The notes under the pieces are model-generated. The model worked only from the letters and a program-made list of their open reading frames with translations. It was not told where the DNA came from and made no database searches. Made by a program: the position numbers and the translations under genes. DNA of 64,000 nt from Sphaerodactylus townsendi (taxonomy: Eukaryota), in assembly GCF_021028975.2 (NCBI RefSeq), contig NC_059439.1:23436001-23500000 (forward strand). The letters are read 5' to 3'. Position 1 is the stretch's first letter, and each line of letters begins with the position of its first letter. Below, one piece after another: positions 22,939 to 36,659 of the stretch.

Positions 22939-23922
22939 ATGGAACATCAAAAAAGGGGGAATCTAACTCTTGTCACCCACTTTATACTCCTTGGTTTTCA
23001 AGATCTGAAGAATCTTCAAATCCTCCTTTTTCTGGGATTTCTTCTCATCTATATTGTGACAATAGCTGGAAATTTTCTTATCGCTGTGGTTGTTGTGACT
23101 GATCAGCATCTTCATACCCCCATGTATTTCTTCCTCGGCAACCTGTCTTGCTTGGAGATCTGCTATAGCTCAACCCTCATCCCGGTAATGCTGGAAACTC
23201 TCTTGAGGAATGGAAAAACCATTTCATTCAGCAGCTGCTTCCTACAATTATTTTTCTTTGGCTACTGTTTAGGGGCAGAATGCTATTTGCTGTCTGTGAT
23301 GTCCTACGATAGGTATCTGGCAATCTGTAAACCACTGCATTATGGGATGACTATGAGCACCACTAAGTGTATCCAGTTAGCAGCTGTGTCATGGATCAAT
23401 GGTTTAATAGGTATTTCCATTATAATGGTTTTGATGTTGCAGCTGACATACTGTGGACCTAATGAAATTGATCATTACTTTTGTGACACTGTTCCACTAA
23501 AAAAACTCTCTTGTAGTGACACAGGGTTAGTGGAATGTGTTAATCTAATCTTGCTGTTTGTATATACAATGCCCCCATTTCTTGTAACTTGCATGTCCTA
23601 TGTATTTATCATAATGGCCATTGTAAGAATTTCATCCACCACAGGAAGGCAAAAGGCTTTCTCTACCTGTTCTTCTCATCTTATTGTTGTTTCTACTTAC
23701 TATGGTTCTTTAATGACTGTGTATCTGTTGCCAAACTCCTCTACATTGAACAAAGCTTTTTCTCTCTTGTATACAATCCTTCCCCCTTTAGTCAATCCTC
23801 TCATATACAGCTTGAGAAACAAGGAGGTGAACCAGGCCTTGAGACAAGCTCAAAGCAAGTTGGTCAATTTAAGAATATTTCACAGTGTGCTAGCTTACTT
23901 AGTGAATGCTAAAGAAAAATAA
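22939..23922 (+). CDS. Olfactory receptor, intact, 327 aa
   Basis: Probable start MEHQKRGNLT (22939) after a splice acceptor; LHTPMYFFLGNLS, MSYDRYLAICKPLHY, KAFSTCSSHL, NPLIYSLRNKEV. Confidence 0.95.
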   Translation: MEHQKRGNLTLVTHFILLGFQDLKNLQILLFLGFLLIYIVTIAGNFLIAVVVVTDQHLHTPMYFFLGNLSCLEICYSSTLIPVMLETLLRNGKTISFSSCFLQLFFFGYCLGAECYLLSVMSYDRYLAICKPLHYGMTMSTTKCIQLAAVSWINGLIGISIIMVLMLQLTYCGPNEIDHYFCDTVPLKKLSCSDTGLVECVNLILLFVYTMPPFLVTCMSYVFIIMAIVRISSTTGRQKAFSTCSSHLIVVSTYYGSLMTVYLLPNSSTLNKAFSLLYTILPPLVNPLIYSLRNKEVNQALRQAQSKLVNLRIFHSVLAYLVNAKEK

Positions 23923-24647
23923 AAGAAAACAAGGAGGAACTGTGTGATGAATTCCAACATTTAGCCTCATTTTCTGCAACTGAATTGCAGACCACAAGGA
24001 GTTAAGTCAGGACTGCTTCTGATTGGCTGGCTGTGAAAGGCAGAATTCTAAAGGCTGCGTGAGGAGATTTTTGAAGGAGACTGCCAGGGGGAATGTATGT
24101 GTGTTTGCAGCTCAGTTCTCTGGGGATTTTGAATTGGTTCCAAAGTGAGCTTGTGAATGGGGGTGTGCTGACTGGGCTTCATTCTTAGTGGATTAAGCTA
24201 CTCTGTTTGAGGGACTGAAGGGTCAGATTAGAAAGAGAATCTAGGTCCCTGGGGTGAACAAAACCAGTGACACTAAATAAACACATGGGTTGCTTGGTGG
24301 TTTATCTCTGAAAAAAAAACCCAGTCAGATACTAAGCAGTGAAGATGAGAGTGCTGGATTGTTATCATAGAGATGTAAAGAGAACAATAGTCTTCCTGAG
24401 GGATAGCTGGAATTATTTCTCTAGTAAGCAATATGTGGGCTAGACATATATAATGGAGAGATTGTCTGCAAGTTAGTGCTTAAAGAAACTATCTTGAATT
24501 ACGTACCTGAGGGTAAGACAAAACATATGAGAAATTTCAAGTGAAGCAAGAGTTCCAATAAGATGTGTGGCATTTTTCATATCCACAACCCACCTTCAGT
24601 GGATTATTTAATTTGGCTAAAGGTTCATAAATGTGCAACTATCATTT

Positions 24648-25101
24648 AAGAACATAAGAACATAAGAACAAGCCAGCTGGATCAGACCAGAGTCCATCTA
24701 GTCCAGCTCTCTGCTACTCGCAGTGGCCCACCAGGTGCTTTTGGGAGCTCACATGCAGGAGGTGAAAGCAATGGCCTTCTGCGGCTGTTGCTCCCGAGCA
24801 CCTGGTCTATCAAGGCATTTGCAATCTCAGATCAAAGAGGATCAAGATTGGTAGCCATAAATCGACTTCTCCTCCATAAATCTGTCCAAGCCCCTCTTAA
24901 AGCTATCCAGGTTAGTGGCCATCACCACCTCCTGTGGCAGCATATTCCAAACACCAATCACACGTTGCGTGAAGAAGTGTTTCCTTTTATTAGTCCTAAT
25001 TCTTCCCCCCAGCATTTTCAATGAATGCCCCCTGGTTCTAGTATTGTGAGAAAGAGAGAAAAATTTCTCTCTATCAACATTTTCTACCCCATGCATAATT
25101 T
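24648..25101 (-). mobile_element. CR1 LINE, 5'-truncated, well preserved
   Basis: ORF2 C-terminus TRGHSLK..RKHFFTQRVIGVWNMLP..FKRGLDRFM; (TTCTTATG)n tail. Confidence 0.92.
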
Positions 25102-25172
25102 ACTCCACTTGTCTTAGTTTTTGGTGGAAAATGAATTCCAACGGGCGACAAATCAGACCTATTAATTTATAA

Positions 25173-26083
25173 TCAGGATGAATAATTCCTTTTGTTCATT
25201 ACAAGTTCCTTAGAGTTTAAACCAGGCTTCAGCAAGATGATGTAACATTTGGGGAGAAAGATGCAAGCCAGTATTCCAGTGTTGGAAGCCAAGATGGCAA
25301 AGACTTCAATAGCTACCCTGTTTTTTCCCTTGGTGCTCAAGTAAGTTGTGAGAAAAGAGATCCAAACACTGCAAAACACAAGCATGCTGAAGGTGATGAA
25401 CCTGGCTTCATTGAAAGCATCAGGTAGGTTTCTGGCAGAGAATGCTAAAGTGAAGCTGATGATGGCCAGAAAGCCCATGTACCCTAGGACACTGTAGAAC
25501 ATGGTGATAGAACCTTCATTACATTCCATGATGATTTTCCCAGGCTGCGAGTTCATGTCAACATCTGGGAAAGGGGCAGAGATTGATAGCCAGGCAATAC
25601 AAATCCCCAGCTGAAAGAGGGAGAAGAACAAAATGATAGAGTTGGCCATTTTTCCCCCCAGCCATTTTTTCAACTTGTTCCCTGGATGTATTGCCATGAA
25701 GGCCAGAAATACAGTGATAGTTTTTGCCAACATGCAAGAAATTGCAACTGAGAAAATGACTCCAAAGGCTGTTTGCCGGAAAAGGCAGGTCGTCTTCCCA
25801 GGCTGGCCAATGAATAACAGGGAAGCAAAGTAGCAAAGCAGAATGGAGATGAGAAGAATGCAGGTGAGATTTTGATTATTGGCTTTGACGATGGGAGTGT
25901 TCCAGTTCTTTAGAAAGATCTGTATAACCAGTATTGTGGCAATGGCAAGGGTAATGACAAGAAATACCAAAATAATCCCCAAGGGCTCTTGATAGGACAG
26001 GAAAGTTATAACTTTGGGGATGCACCAGTCTTTGTTCTTGTTTGCATACTGGTCTTCTGGGCATTTGATACAGTGAACTGCAT
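25173..26083 (-). CDS. V2R exon 6 (7-TM domain)
   Basis: [44 protein letters not shown]. Confidence 0.95.
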
Positions 26084-29000
26084 CTGGAAGAGACAAGAAG
26101 AACAACAACAGTTCAGCAGTCACAAAAACAGAGCTGGGACCGGCCATCTTTTCTGCTGGTGAAAATGGAAGGAGGGATTTCTCTCTGAGCATCTTCTCAA
26201 AGACTCAAAGACTCTGGCCATTTCCGCATGGCCACGATCAGGGTTGGGTTGGCATACATGACGCCGACCCAACCCCCCTGGGACCGTTCGCATGAACGGT
26301 CCCAGAAACTACTGGGACGACAGCGCCACGCTGCGCTGTCGCCTGATCGATTTACCTTCTCCACGACCATCCGGCGCATCGCGGAGGCCAGGGGACACGC
26401 CCCCCCACCCTGTGCGACCACTCCGGAGTCGCAGAGAAGGTAAGTCGATGGGGAAAGGGGGGAGGGATGGCGTCTTCCAAAAACCTCGCTGGGGAAGCGA
26501 GGTGGGAAAACGGCGGCTTCACAGCAGCTGTGCCCCCCCGTGAGAACAGATTCCTGGGGATGCCGTTTTTGCCATCCCCAGTGCGTTGTTTACGGCCCGT
26601 GCGGAAAGGGCCTCTGAGCTGGAGAATATGGGACCCACATGAACAAATGCCACGTAGGACATGGTCTGTAATAAGGAGAATTGGGCTAGATTGAATGAAA
26701 AAAAAGGCTGGATCTGTCAAACGGAGGCTGAATAGAAAAAATAACACCGGATATAAGGGAGCATAATCAAAATAGATGTTTTGTTGGAGTTGCATATTTC
26801 ATTTTTAACTAATATATCCTAGCCTTTAGGAAGTGATTGGATAGACTGGTTAAGCCAATGCAAATACATTTAGAAATATTAAATTGCGCTCCAAGCAATT
26901 CTGCACCATTACTTACCCGACTGGTTAGAAATCATGTTTTCCACACACGGAGAGCAATCATAGCAGCAGAGTGGTTCCTCTTGCCGAACTATCCTGCTAT
27001 GTCCTAGAGGGCATGTCTCAACACATTTGGAACAAGGCAGCATCTTGTCATAGAAAATGGAAAAGCATGTAACATAACATTCAGTAATTGGACACCTGCA
27101 AAAAGCCCTAATCTGTCCTTCCTGTAAATGACAAACCTGCATCACTGCATTTCACAACCTTACTTCTACTTGATAGTATGTGGATTCCATTTCAAATCCC
27201 CAATGGGAAGATCTTATCTTTTACTTAACATGGAGCATGTCAAATTTGGAACAATGTCAAGAAAAAAATACTTACCTCTATAGCATCGTTGATGTTTATC
27301 AAAGGACATAGAGGTATATGAAGCAGTTTAAGACTATTAGTCAATCTGTTATGTATCCCATAGGTCCCCAAACTTTTTGAGCCTTCCAGCACCTATGCAA
27401 TGTGCACACACAGTAGGAGGTGGAGCTACAAAATGGCTACCGCAGGAGGCAAAGCCAGCTACAAAATGGTTGCCACAGATTACGTTCACTCACATAAGGA
27501 AGGTCCTCATGCTGTGGTAGAGTTGCGACCAAAGCATTATTTTGTTTTGTTTTTTAAAAAACCTGCGCAGCCAATTAAATATCCAATAGCCAACCAGAAG
27601 CCTTGATAAATTCAATAAAATAAAGCCCTATATATGGTGCTGCCCACTCTCCACAAAGTTTTCAAGGGTGCCAGGAAAATGTTATTGGATGTCATGATGC
27701 TCATGGGCACCACATTGGCAGCCCCTGGTCTATTTTGATTGGCATTGATTCTCCACATTTTCAGAGAGTCTCATAAAAAGTTTCTATCACATGACAAACT
27801 TCAGCTATGCAATTACAATATTCAGAACATATTAGCTAATTCAGCAGCAATGTTAGAATCTAAATTTTAATCCTACCTGATTAAATCTATTGTTCCACAC
27901 AATGGTATCTTGATCAATAGTGAAATCTTGGGCTGCTGAAATACTTCCAACCTGAACACCAAGGAAGGAATTGTTCGGGAAAGTGACCCAGTTGATAATA
28001 TCATATGCTACCAACAATTCCCCATTCACAAATGATACTTCTTCCAATGCACTGTTGTTAAAGCTGAGGTTTTCCAAAAAGAAGTGGAGCTAGATTGGAG
28101 AGTTAATAAACTGAGTCCATTATATTTGTCTGCTCAAACTGACATTCAATAAGGTGCAATAAACCTTCTTATCCTAACCCCACTTCTTTTTTTGCTTGTG
28201 CAACATATTGTGCAATCAGTACCAAAGTTCCCAGAAGTCAATTTAGATGGTTCTCCATGCTCAGAATAACTTCCTGAGGAACAATATGGGATAGGAAGGA
28301 AACTGTTGTGTAAGATCTTGTTTTCATATGATGGGTTGGGAGATGATGTACAATCTCTTCATTATGTGAAACTTTTAATTTCTGTCAGAAACCATGGCTG
28401 GTACTTGAATCATTGATGGAAATACAATTAGATAACTCTCTTTCCTGATCAAAAGCTGTACTAAGTAAGGCACTAAGTAAACATTCTTTGACTTACATTG
28501 CTGCCTTTGATCACAGAGAATTATTATTACATTTCATGTTGGTATAGTTTGGGGATTATGAATGCACTGTTTTAATATCTTGGACCTTTTTGTACGATAC
28601 AAATGATTAATACTGTTTGACACCTGAGGAAGACCAACAGTGAAAATGTGCCTGGTTACAATAAATAATGGCCTTAAAATTGTACTTGTGAGACTACTAT
28701 TTGGGTCAAGATTTTTTAAAGAAATCTGAGAAAACCAGATTTGTATTCCCAGTTTGCCATGGAATCTTGCTGGGTCAACTTGAGCCAGTCACACACTGCT
28801 GGCCTAAACTACTTCATAGTGTGAGTGTGAGGATAAAAGAGTAGAGGAGGATGTACTCCTTCGGAACCTCAGTCGAGAGAAAGCTGGGGTACAGATGAAG
28901 TAAACAAATGAACATTGTATTTTGTTGTGTACTTTGACACACCCGGAGAAATGGGTTTGGCATTCATGTTCCAACTTCAGAAATTCCAAGCCTCCCCCTT

Positions 29001-32000
29001 GGAGTCCAAGAAAGCATATATGGATCCCCCCTCCATATATATAAATCACCTTTCCTTTTGGTTCAAGGCAGCTTATGATAATATTAAAGGTACATAATAT
29101 ATGAATTTTACTGTTCGTGTTGGAAGCCACCCTGGACCCATAAGTGAAGAAGAGCATATAAATTTTATGACTGACTGACTGAATGAATGACAACGTTACC
29201 CCCAACCAGTTGTTTGTTGAGTAACAACATTACCTGCCAAGGCTGAACATTCATATAAAAGTTGCCTTTATATCCCATTGTTTTTGGCCTTGGCAAGTAG
29301 ACGATATCCAAAGCGTGTGCTATAGCATAGATAGCATTATAAATATTGTAGCTCTGAGTGCTTATTTCCATCTCAAACATAAACCTAGACAGGCTGTCCA
29401 GTTTTTCCTTTCCTGTACAAATTTTGCACTTGTTGATGTTTTCAGCGGGAAGGCAACATTGGAATGCCATTTTCCAGAATGTGCAGACAAAATACATCAG
29501 TGCCTCATCAAGCTCTAAGGTCTGGAGAAAGTCCTGGAATCCTGTCACTGCTTTTTTGTGACCTATAAAACTTAAGGCACCTTGGAAGGTTGCTGGGCAG
29601 AAGCGATTCAGGTGCGGTGTGCTTGTGAAATCCCACTGTGCTGTTGTGATCCAAACTTTCCCAATATGTTGGTGCCTTTTAAATTCATAAACATTTAAGA
29701 GATTTTCCAATGGAACCAAAGATTGAGAATTTCCACTGACAGCAATCACATTCACTTCAGGCAAAAGAAGGGCTGACTTTAGCTTTAACATTAGTTTGTG
29801 TGGTCGGAGGCTTATTACTGGAATTCTATACATGAAGGCAACACAAATGTTATTTTGTTCAAGCAGAAATGTCAACATCTGGGTAAAACTTTCTCCATCA
29901 TTGTCATCTGAAGCAATGAGGCCAATCCATGTCCATCTGAAATACAATAGCAGTTGGACAATCCCCTTGTACAGAATAGTTTCACTTGGAGCCATCCAGA
30001 ACAAAGAAGGGTGATGAGTTTTATCTCTGAATGAGGATTTATGTGCACCATAAGCGAACTATTGGGGAAAGCATGAGGTATTCGACACAGAAGAAATAAT
30101 TGTAAATAGCCATACTAATGCCAGTTGTAATTTTCAGTGCTATGTTCCACATTTTCACTGTTAGATTAAATTTCATATGCTAAGAATTACACTTCTTTTC
30201 TACCAAGTGTGAGATTCAGTTTCATTTACTTACAAGTGATTTACCGGTTAGAAATATGTATGGTATCATTTCCTTCTCCTTCTGTATTCTATCCCCCATA
30301 TCATCATCCTTGACATGTAATTGGGTTGCTACAACACAAAACAATGCCTAAAATCTTACCAGATAACCTTGCAAGACCTTGCATGGAATTTTGTTAGGGC
30401 TCCCAGATCTCCTGCTGTAGCAGAAGACCTGTCAGCAGCAGCCCCTAGCCCACACTGCTGTCCAGTAAGATGGCAGGGGATAAAAAAAGGTGTGAAATCA
30501 TATTTTTTCAGCAAATCCTAAAGCAGCATGCAGACACAATGGTGCCATTTTGGGGAGGGACATCATGCCACAATCCTTGGGTCCTTAAATGTTTTCAAAA
30601 TATGCATGAATACAAAACAGTTCCAAACAATAACACAATATCTCGTACTTCAGTTCAAACAGGCTGTGGGTTCAGTCCTGTTTCAACCTTCTTCATCAAT
30701 GTAAGCAATTTTCACGCAAGACCTGTAAGGGTTTTTTTGGGTGGGAGGGGGAGGTTGTCTGATAAGATGAAGAATGATCTGCTATCTAGCTCAGTCTCTT
30801 CAGAGCAGTCACTGAGGCAATTTTGCACTTCTACTGAAACAGCAGCAAAGGACTGCATTGCTACTAAACTTCTTGAACAGAATAAAGAACTAGGAGACTA
30901 CATGACAAACATTTAGGTTTTTGATTGAATAAGATCACAGCATTATTGCAAGCCAGGCTGGTATTAGTCTTTTTGCATGGGAATTTAATGTACTGACTAT
31001 GATTTATACATAGCCACATTAATCCAGTTAATGGATATTTGATTAGAACATAACTTAACAGTAAGATGATTCCATTGATATCCCAGTTACTTACATACGT
31101 ACCTGTGAAATCTTATAGATACTCAAGATGGTGGCCATTTGGATGGAGTTTGTTATAGAACGTCCCCCAATAACTGACAAAACATCTTTTTTCCTAGTAA
31201 ACTGTAATACATTAACTTGCTTTCTGAATAGTAAATCCAGAGTTGTTTTGTATGGGCTCCTTGAATCAAATACATCATCATAGATATGGAATCCTAGGGT
31301 AATATTGGGCAAGATCTTAGGATTCTTATTGATTTCATGGATGGCAAAAATCAAGGCTAGGATATGCTGGTAATTTTTTTGTGCTGGTCTGCAACGGAAG
31401 TAACACTGAGAGTTAGAAACTTCTGTCAAAGGTGAGATCTAGTACATAGTCTCTTAATCCTGACTGCTGCATTCCCCATGGAAGGCTGATTTGTTACAAG
31501 GTTTGGGGGTTTCCCATAAGGATTACAGTTGCCCATCTGAGCTAGATTTGGCTATAAATATGGGACACAATCCTTTTGAAGCGTGCAAAAATAATTTTGG
31601 GGGATAAACAAGCTGTGGCCAAGAAATGCTACCAGAAATAAAATGGTAGCTGTGTTTACTTTCCACTCCCACCCTTCCCTTTTCAACCCTGCAGAGCTTG
31701 TTGAATTCTGAAGGTAAAGGCCAAGTAGTTTCCGTGCATGTTATTCCAACACATGGGATAACATCACATCACAATGTTTACTAGACCAACTACATTAGTG
31801 AGTTAGTTTGCTATTGCCTTCCCCAGTCATCTACACTTTACTTCCAGCAGGCTGGATTCTACCCTTTGATTTAACAAGCAACACAAGTGGGAATGAAATG
31901 TCAAAGTATAACATTGGCAGCTATGCACCTGAGGCTGATATGAGCAGCGACAAGTGTAATATTACCTTTAAAAATAAATAAAGTAAAATGTCTTTCTCTG

Positions 32001-32631
32001 GTGTACATAAACACACATGATACAGTACTGAAGACGGCTATGAGGGACAATTAAATAAAATGGGCTGCCACAGGCATGAAAATATACAAATTTGAAATAT
32101 CCACATTTCTTCTGCAATCTGTCTTAATTTAATTTCTTTTACATTGATTTTCTGACTCCTCTACTGAATAGCTAAGATGAGAACTCTTGATAAAAATTTC
32201 TAACACCTTTCTTAATACAAGTTTTTGAGCCTTTAACGAAACTACTAATAGTAGAAATTCAACTAATAGATCTTAAGCAGATACATTAATGTGGAAAACT
32301 GTTCCTGTGGCTATGTCTCCTCCTCTCACAGAGCTGTGGACAACTCTAGTTATCAGTTGAAAAATGGGGTGGTTACTACTATTTCTCAGCTGCTAAGAAG
32401 AACTTACTGAAAAGAGTAATAGTTTCTGTATGGAGATTTCTGAAAAATGTGTTGCCTAAACTGAGGACGGGTCAGAGAGAAGATTCCTCCAATTACAAAA
32501 TCTCCTGGCCTATGTAGATGGTTGTTATAAATTTTGCACTTCATGTCCTTAGACACAAGAAGTGGGAATAGAAGCAATAACAATAACTTGATGGAAAATG
32601 CATAGCTACCCAGTCCATAGCACATCTGCAT
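25173..32631 (-). CDS. Vomeronasal type-2 receptor (V2R, class C GPCR), six exons, apparently intact, 861 aa
   Basis: Exons 32631-32408, 31388-31103, 30058-29234, 28089-27877, 27043-26917, 26083-25173; all introns GT-AG with phases 2,0,0,0,1; total 2586 nt in one open frame. Confidence 0.93.
26216..26612. mobile_element. GC-rich Harbinger-type MITE in V2R intron 5
   Basis: TIRs GGCCATTTCCGCATGG / CCGTGCGGAAAGGGCC; 3-bp TSD TCT. Confidence 0.8.
26917..27043 (-). CDS. V2R exon 5 (cysteine-rich NCD3G domain)
   Basis: [24 protein letters not shown]; AG/GT bounded. Confidence 0.92.
27358..27728. mobile_element. hAT-type MITE, degraded
   Basis: GGTCCCCAAACTTTTTGAG ... TTGGCAGCCCCTG ends. Confidence 0.5.
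27877..28089 (-). CDS. V2R exon 4
   Basis: [29 protein letters not shown]. Confidence 0.92.
29234..30058 (-). CDS. V2R exon 3 (Venus flytrap)
   Basis: [56 protein letters not shown]. Confidence 0.93.
31103..31388 (-). CDS. V2R exon 2
   Basis: [28 protein letters not shown]. Confidence 0.92.
32408..32631 (-). CDS. V2R exon 1 (signal peptide)
   Basis: [10 protein letters not shown] signal, [10 protein letters not shown]; donor CA|GTAAGT. Confidence 0.88.
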
Positions 32632-33123
32632 TTTGAACTATACTTCCAGGTACAATGGTCTCTACTTCATGTCTCTTGCTCAAACTTTATACATTTTTCC
32701 ATGGAATTAAACAGAAATAAAATTAGTGGACATAGAGATTCAGTGAGCAGGTTTGCCCCATTTGTGGTTGATTTTGTCTTGCTCGTCCGTACAGCACACC
32801 ACTAGTTCTGAATAATTTTAGAAGTCAGATTAGAATATGTTTTATTGCTCACTTTTCAAGAAGGATAGCTAATAACAGTGATTTCGATAATTACAGTGTA
32901 GGTGCCTGCCTGATGCATCTGGAAGTGGGGGGACATAGCTGTAAACAGCATGAAATTGCTATGGGTGATTTTTTTAAAAAAATGCTATGGGTGATTCAAA
33001 GATGTGTAAAAATGCACAATCAGATGTTGGCTAATATTCCTTGATGTTAAAATGCTGACTGATTTCCACCACACTTCTTGTACTACTTTTCAAACCCCTA
33101 CATCAGTGTGGAGGCTACACTGA

Positions 33124-33274
33124 GGCCACTTCCGCACAAGCAGACTAATGCACTTTCAATCCACTTTCTCAATTGTTTGAAAGTGGATTTCGCTATTCCA
33201 CACAGTAAAATCCAGCTGCAAAGTGCATTAAAAGTGGATTGAAAGTGCATTATTCTGCATGTGCCGAAGTGGCC
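33124..33274. mobile_element. Palindromic PIF/Harbinger-type MITE upstream of the V2R
   Basis: GGCCACTTCCGCAC / GTGCCGAAGTGGCC; 3-bp TSD TGA. Confidence 0.82.
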
Positions 33275-33954
33275 TGAATATTTATCTGTCGTGCTGCTAT
33301 GACTTCATATTGCACTGCCGTAGGGATTTCATGGCCAACCTAAGCAGATCGCAGAATTGGTTTGGGATTGTGGCCCACTCCCTCTGAAATACTGGAAATG
33401 GTTTATATACTTAATTAGTGGGTTGTTTCCACTTTTGCTGATATCAGATGTAAAGCTGCCGAGTAAATAAAACCATGAATACTCTGGGGAGAAAACTCCC
33501 TATGGTTGGAAAGCTTCGTATGGATATAAATTACTCCTACATGCAACTGTGCAAGTAGAGCTGCTGTTATGACCATTCAAACAATTTTCAAGTGAGTAAG
33601 AGATTTTTGTTCATATAATAATGAGAAAATAATATTTCCAAAGACCATGCAATGTGGATGTAGTGAGACCTTTTGAATGTGGCAAGGTCAATTACATTGG
33701 CTGCTTGGCGGGCATCCCTGCATGGGCTATGCAAATGGGATTTCCTAGCTGTTATCTTGGTAGCACTTGTAAATAGGATAATTTCAGCAATTCATTGGGC
33801 CCTTGATCACTGAAGTGTCTACCATGCCAAAATTATGAAACTGGGTTTGATTCATATATTTCTTTCTCAGTCAGTATTCAACAGCTGCAAAAGGAAATCC
33901 ACACATACCAGCATCATGTAGCAAAGTCAATGGTTTCTTTTCAAAAGCTATTTA

Positions 33955-34461
33955 TAAGCATAAGCATAAGCATTTTATTGTCATTGTGCACGCACAACGA
34001 AATTTACAGCAGCATTCCTCGATGCACCCAATTTCAGACTCATACCCCATCCTCACTTTCCCCTTCCTCCACCCATCCCTACACAGCCCCAAACACATCA
34101 ACACGAAGCCGCAGAGTTTAGCATAGCCACAGCTCTAGAGTAGAGAAGCTGTCTCTAATAAGCCTCTTTGTCCTAGTTTTGATAGACCTGTATCGTCTGC
34201 CGGATGGTAACAGTTCAAAAAGAGGGTGTGCTGGATGAGATGGGCTTTTTTTAGGCTTCGGGAATTATAGAGTTCTTCCAAGGAGGGGAGAGGGCAGCCG
34301 ATAATCCTCTGTGCAGTAGTGATCACCCTTTGGAGCGCCTTTCTATCTGCCACTGTGCAACTGGAGAACCATACACAGATGCAGTAAGTTAAGACACTCT
34401 CTATAGCACAGCGGTAAAAGGACACCAGGAGTTTTCCATTCAGTTGTTTCCTTAAAAGTTG
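33955..34461 (-). mobile_element. Rex1/Babar LINE 3' fragment
   Basis: SFYRCAIESVLTYCICVWF..DRKALQRVITTAQRIIGCPLPSL; (TGCTTA)n tail. Confidence 0.85.
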
Positions 34462-35473
34462 TTGTTTCCTATTTCTAGCAAGCCATCAAAGCAGACATTT
34501 CCAATGTAGATATTTGAAATTAAACTATCATTAAAATAACTTAAAATGTTGCTACAGCATATGTTTTACGAATGTGTGCCTAAATTCATCATCAATGCAT
34601 AGTTGTCTGTATCCTGAAGGCTGGAATCAGCAGATTGACAGCACAATCCTGAAAGGAGTTTCGCCCTTCTAAAAACCATTGGAGCCAGTAGCTTTAAAAA
34701 TAACAAAATAGCAGGAACTGAGCAACCATATTCAGAGTTATTCCATTTCAGTTGACTTGACTGGATTTCAGAAGACTTCTTTTTTTTGCTATCAAATCAT
34801 AACTGACCCACAGTGATGTGCAGGGTTTCCAAGACAAGAGATATTCAGAGGTGGTTTGCTATTCCCTGCCTCTGCATCACAACCCTGGTATTCCTTGGAG
34901 GTCTCCCATTCAAACACTAGTCAGGGTCAGGGCTAAGAGTATGTGACTGGCCCAAAGTCACTCTGTAAACTAATCCAAAACCCTAACCACTACACCATGC
35001 TGGCACTCTCTTGGTGGGATTAGTCTGAAATAAATCTGTTTGTGATCTTTTTTCTGCAAAGAGAAAAAATAGCTTTTAAATAATATTTCTATCTGTAATT
35101 CTCATTCTTTTAACAATTTCCTTTAAAAAAAATGTATCATCTCCAGGGCGGATTCCCCATGGGCCAAAAACAGCAGTGTGAAAATGGTGTTAAAGGGTGT
35201 TAAAGGGTGTAAAAGGGTTTACACCATTTTCACACCTCAGTTCTTGGCCCTTGCGGAATCTGCCAAAGCTTGGAATCAATTGTCTCTAAAAGGTCACTAG
35301 ATTTGGGATCTTTGGCCCTTCAAACCAGTTCTGAAAACTTATTTTCCTATACATCTCTACTGTTCTTATTATGGCTCCTTGTTTGTATTGGAACAGCCTA
35401 TTTATTCATCTTGCATTTTTTAATTGAAAGGCAAATGTATACTGGCTAAATAAATCTACTGGTATCATAGGAA

Positions 35474-35475
<2 letters not shown>

Positions 35476-35528
<53 letters not shown>

Positions 35529-36237
35529 CCCTTTAAACACATGCAGAATAATGCACTTTCAATCCACTTTCAATGCCCTTTGCAGCAGTGTGGAATATCA
35601 ACATCTAATTGCAAAGAATTGTGAAAGGCCGTTTCCGCATGGCCCATTAACGACGGCCTGGGGTAAAAGCGCCCGCCCCCCCAGGCCGCCATTACGATAC
35701 CAAGCGCCCGCTGCTGCAACGCCAGCAGCTTAGCGACCTTCAGTTTCCGTTCCCTCCCCAGGGCGGCCTCAGGCTGCCTAAACAACAACCACTTTAAAGG
35801 GTTGTTGTTGGGAAAGACGCTGTCTCCAACTTCATGCGCCCCCACTTTCACGATAATGTCACGCAAATAAAGAGTGATGATCTGCTGGGAAACGATGCGC
35901 AGCCCTGCCCACACTGTCCTCCGACCTCCAGGTGGTCCGGAGGGCGAAGCCGGAGCTTCAGCAGGCAACTTGAGCGAGCAACAATATCAATGAAGCGCAA
36001 AAATGAAAAGATGTCGACCATCTTGGAACGCCGCCTGCGCGTCCATGTCGACCTCTGCTTGGCCGATTCGCATGCTTGCATCGCGAGCGGGCTTCCACCA
36101 CTACGCCGCCAGAACTCTTGGCATTGATGGTGAAGCCTGGAGGCCGTCGCTTGGAAGGAAGCTTGGCCAAAGTGGATTGAAAGTGCGTTATGCCCCATGT
36201 GCAGAAGGGGCCTCTCTCTCTCTCTCTCTCTCTCTCT
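35476..36237. mobile_element. Harbinger MITE (35527-36212) with a nested GC-rich MITE fragment, inserted in a (CT)n tract
   Basis: Outer TIR halves, inner GGCCGTTTCCGCATGG terminus at 35627, (CT)n on both sides. Confidence 0.72.
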
Positions 36238-36659
36238 GGATCCCTGTTGAGCACTATTCTACTAAAAGCTAACAAAATGACAATTGATTGGGAATGATGG
36301 TTGATTTATCATCCAACTTCCATGAGGTCATCAATATTATTTTCAATATTATTTACTAGTTTTCTTATACTGCCCAATCCCCGGAGTGCTCTGAGTGGTG
36401 ATATCTAGAATGCATTGTGCTTTTTGACTGTATTCGTTGCAAAGCAATGTTTATTGACTTGGGAACTGCATGTATTGCCCATATATTTATGAATCTTGTT
36501 CAAAGGAAGAGGTACAGGAAGTAATTTTAACTATTTAAAGACAGGTCACATAAGAGAGCAGAAGAACTAATGTAAAAGAAAACAGATTATGAAACATTTT
36601 ATGTGAAAAAAATTATGAACATCAGATTATGTTTTTCTCTTTCTTTTTAGATTCAATCT

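Noticed and set aside
35551-36275. Cluster of 60-130 aa ORFs
   Set aside because: GC-rich MITE interior with no transposase or other motif
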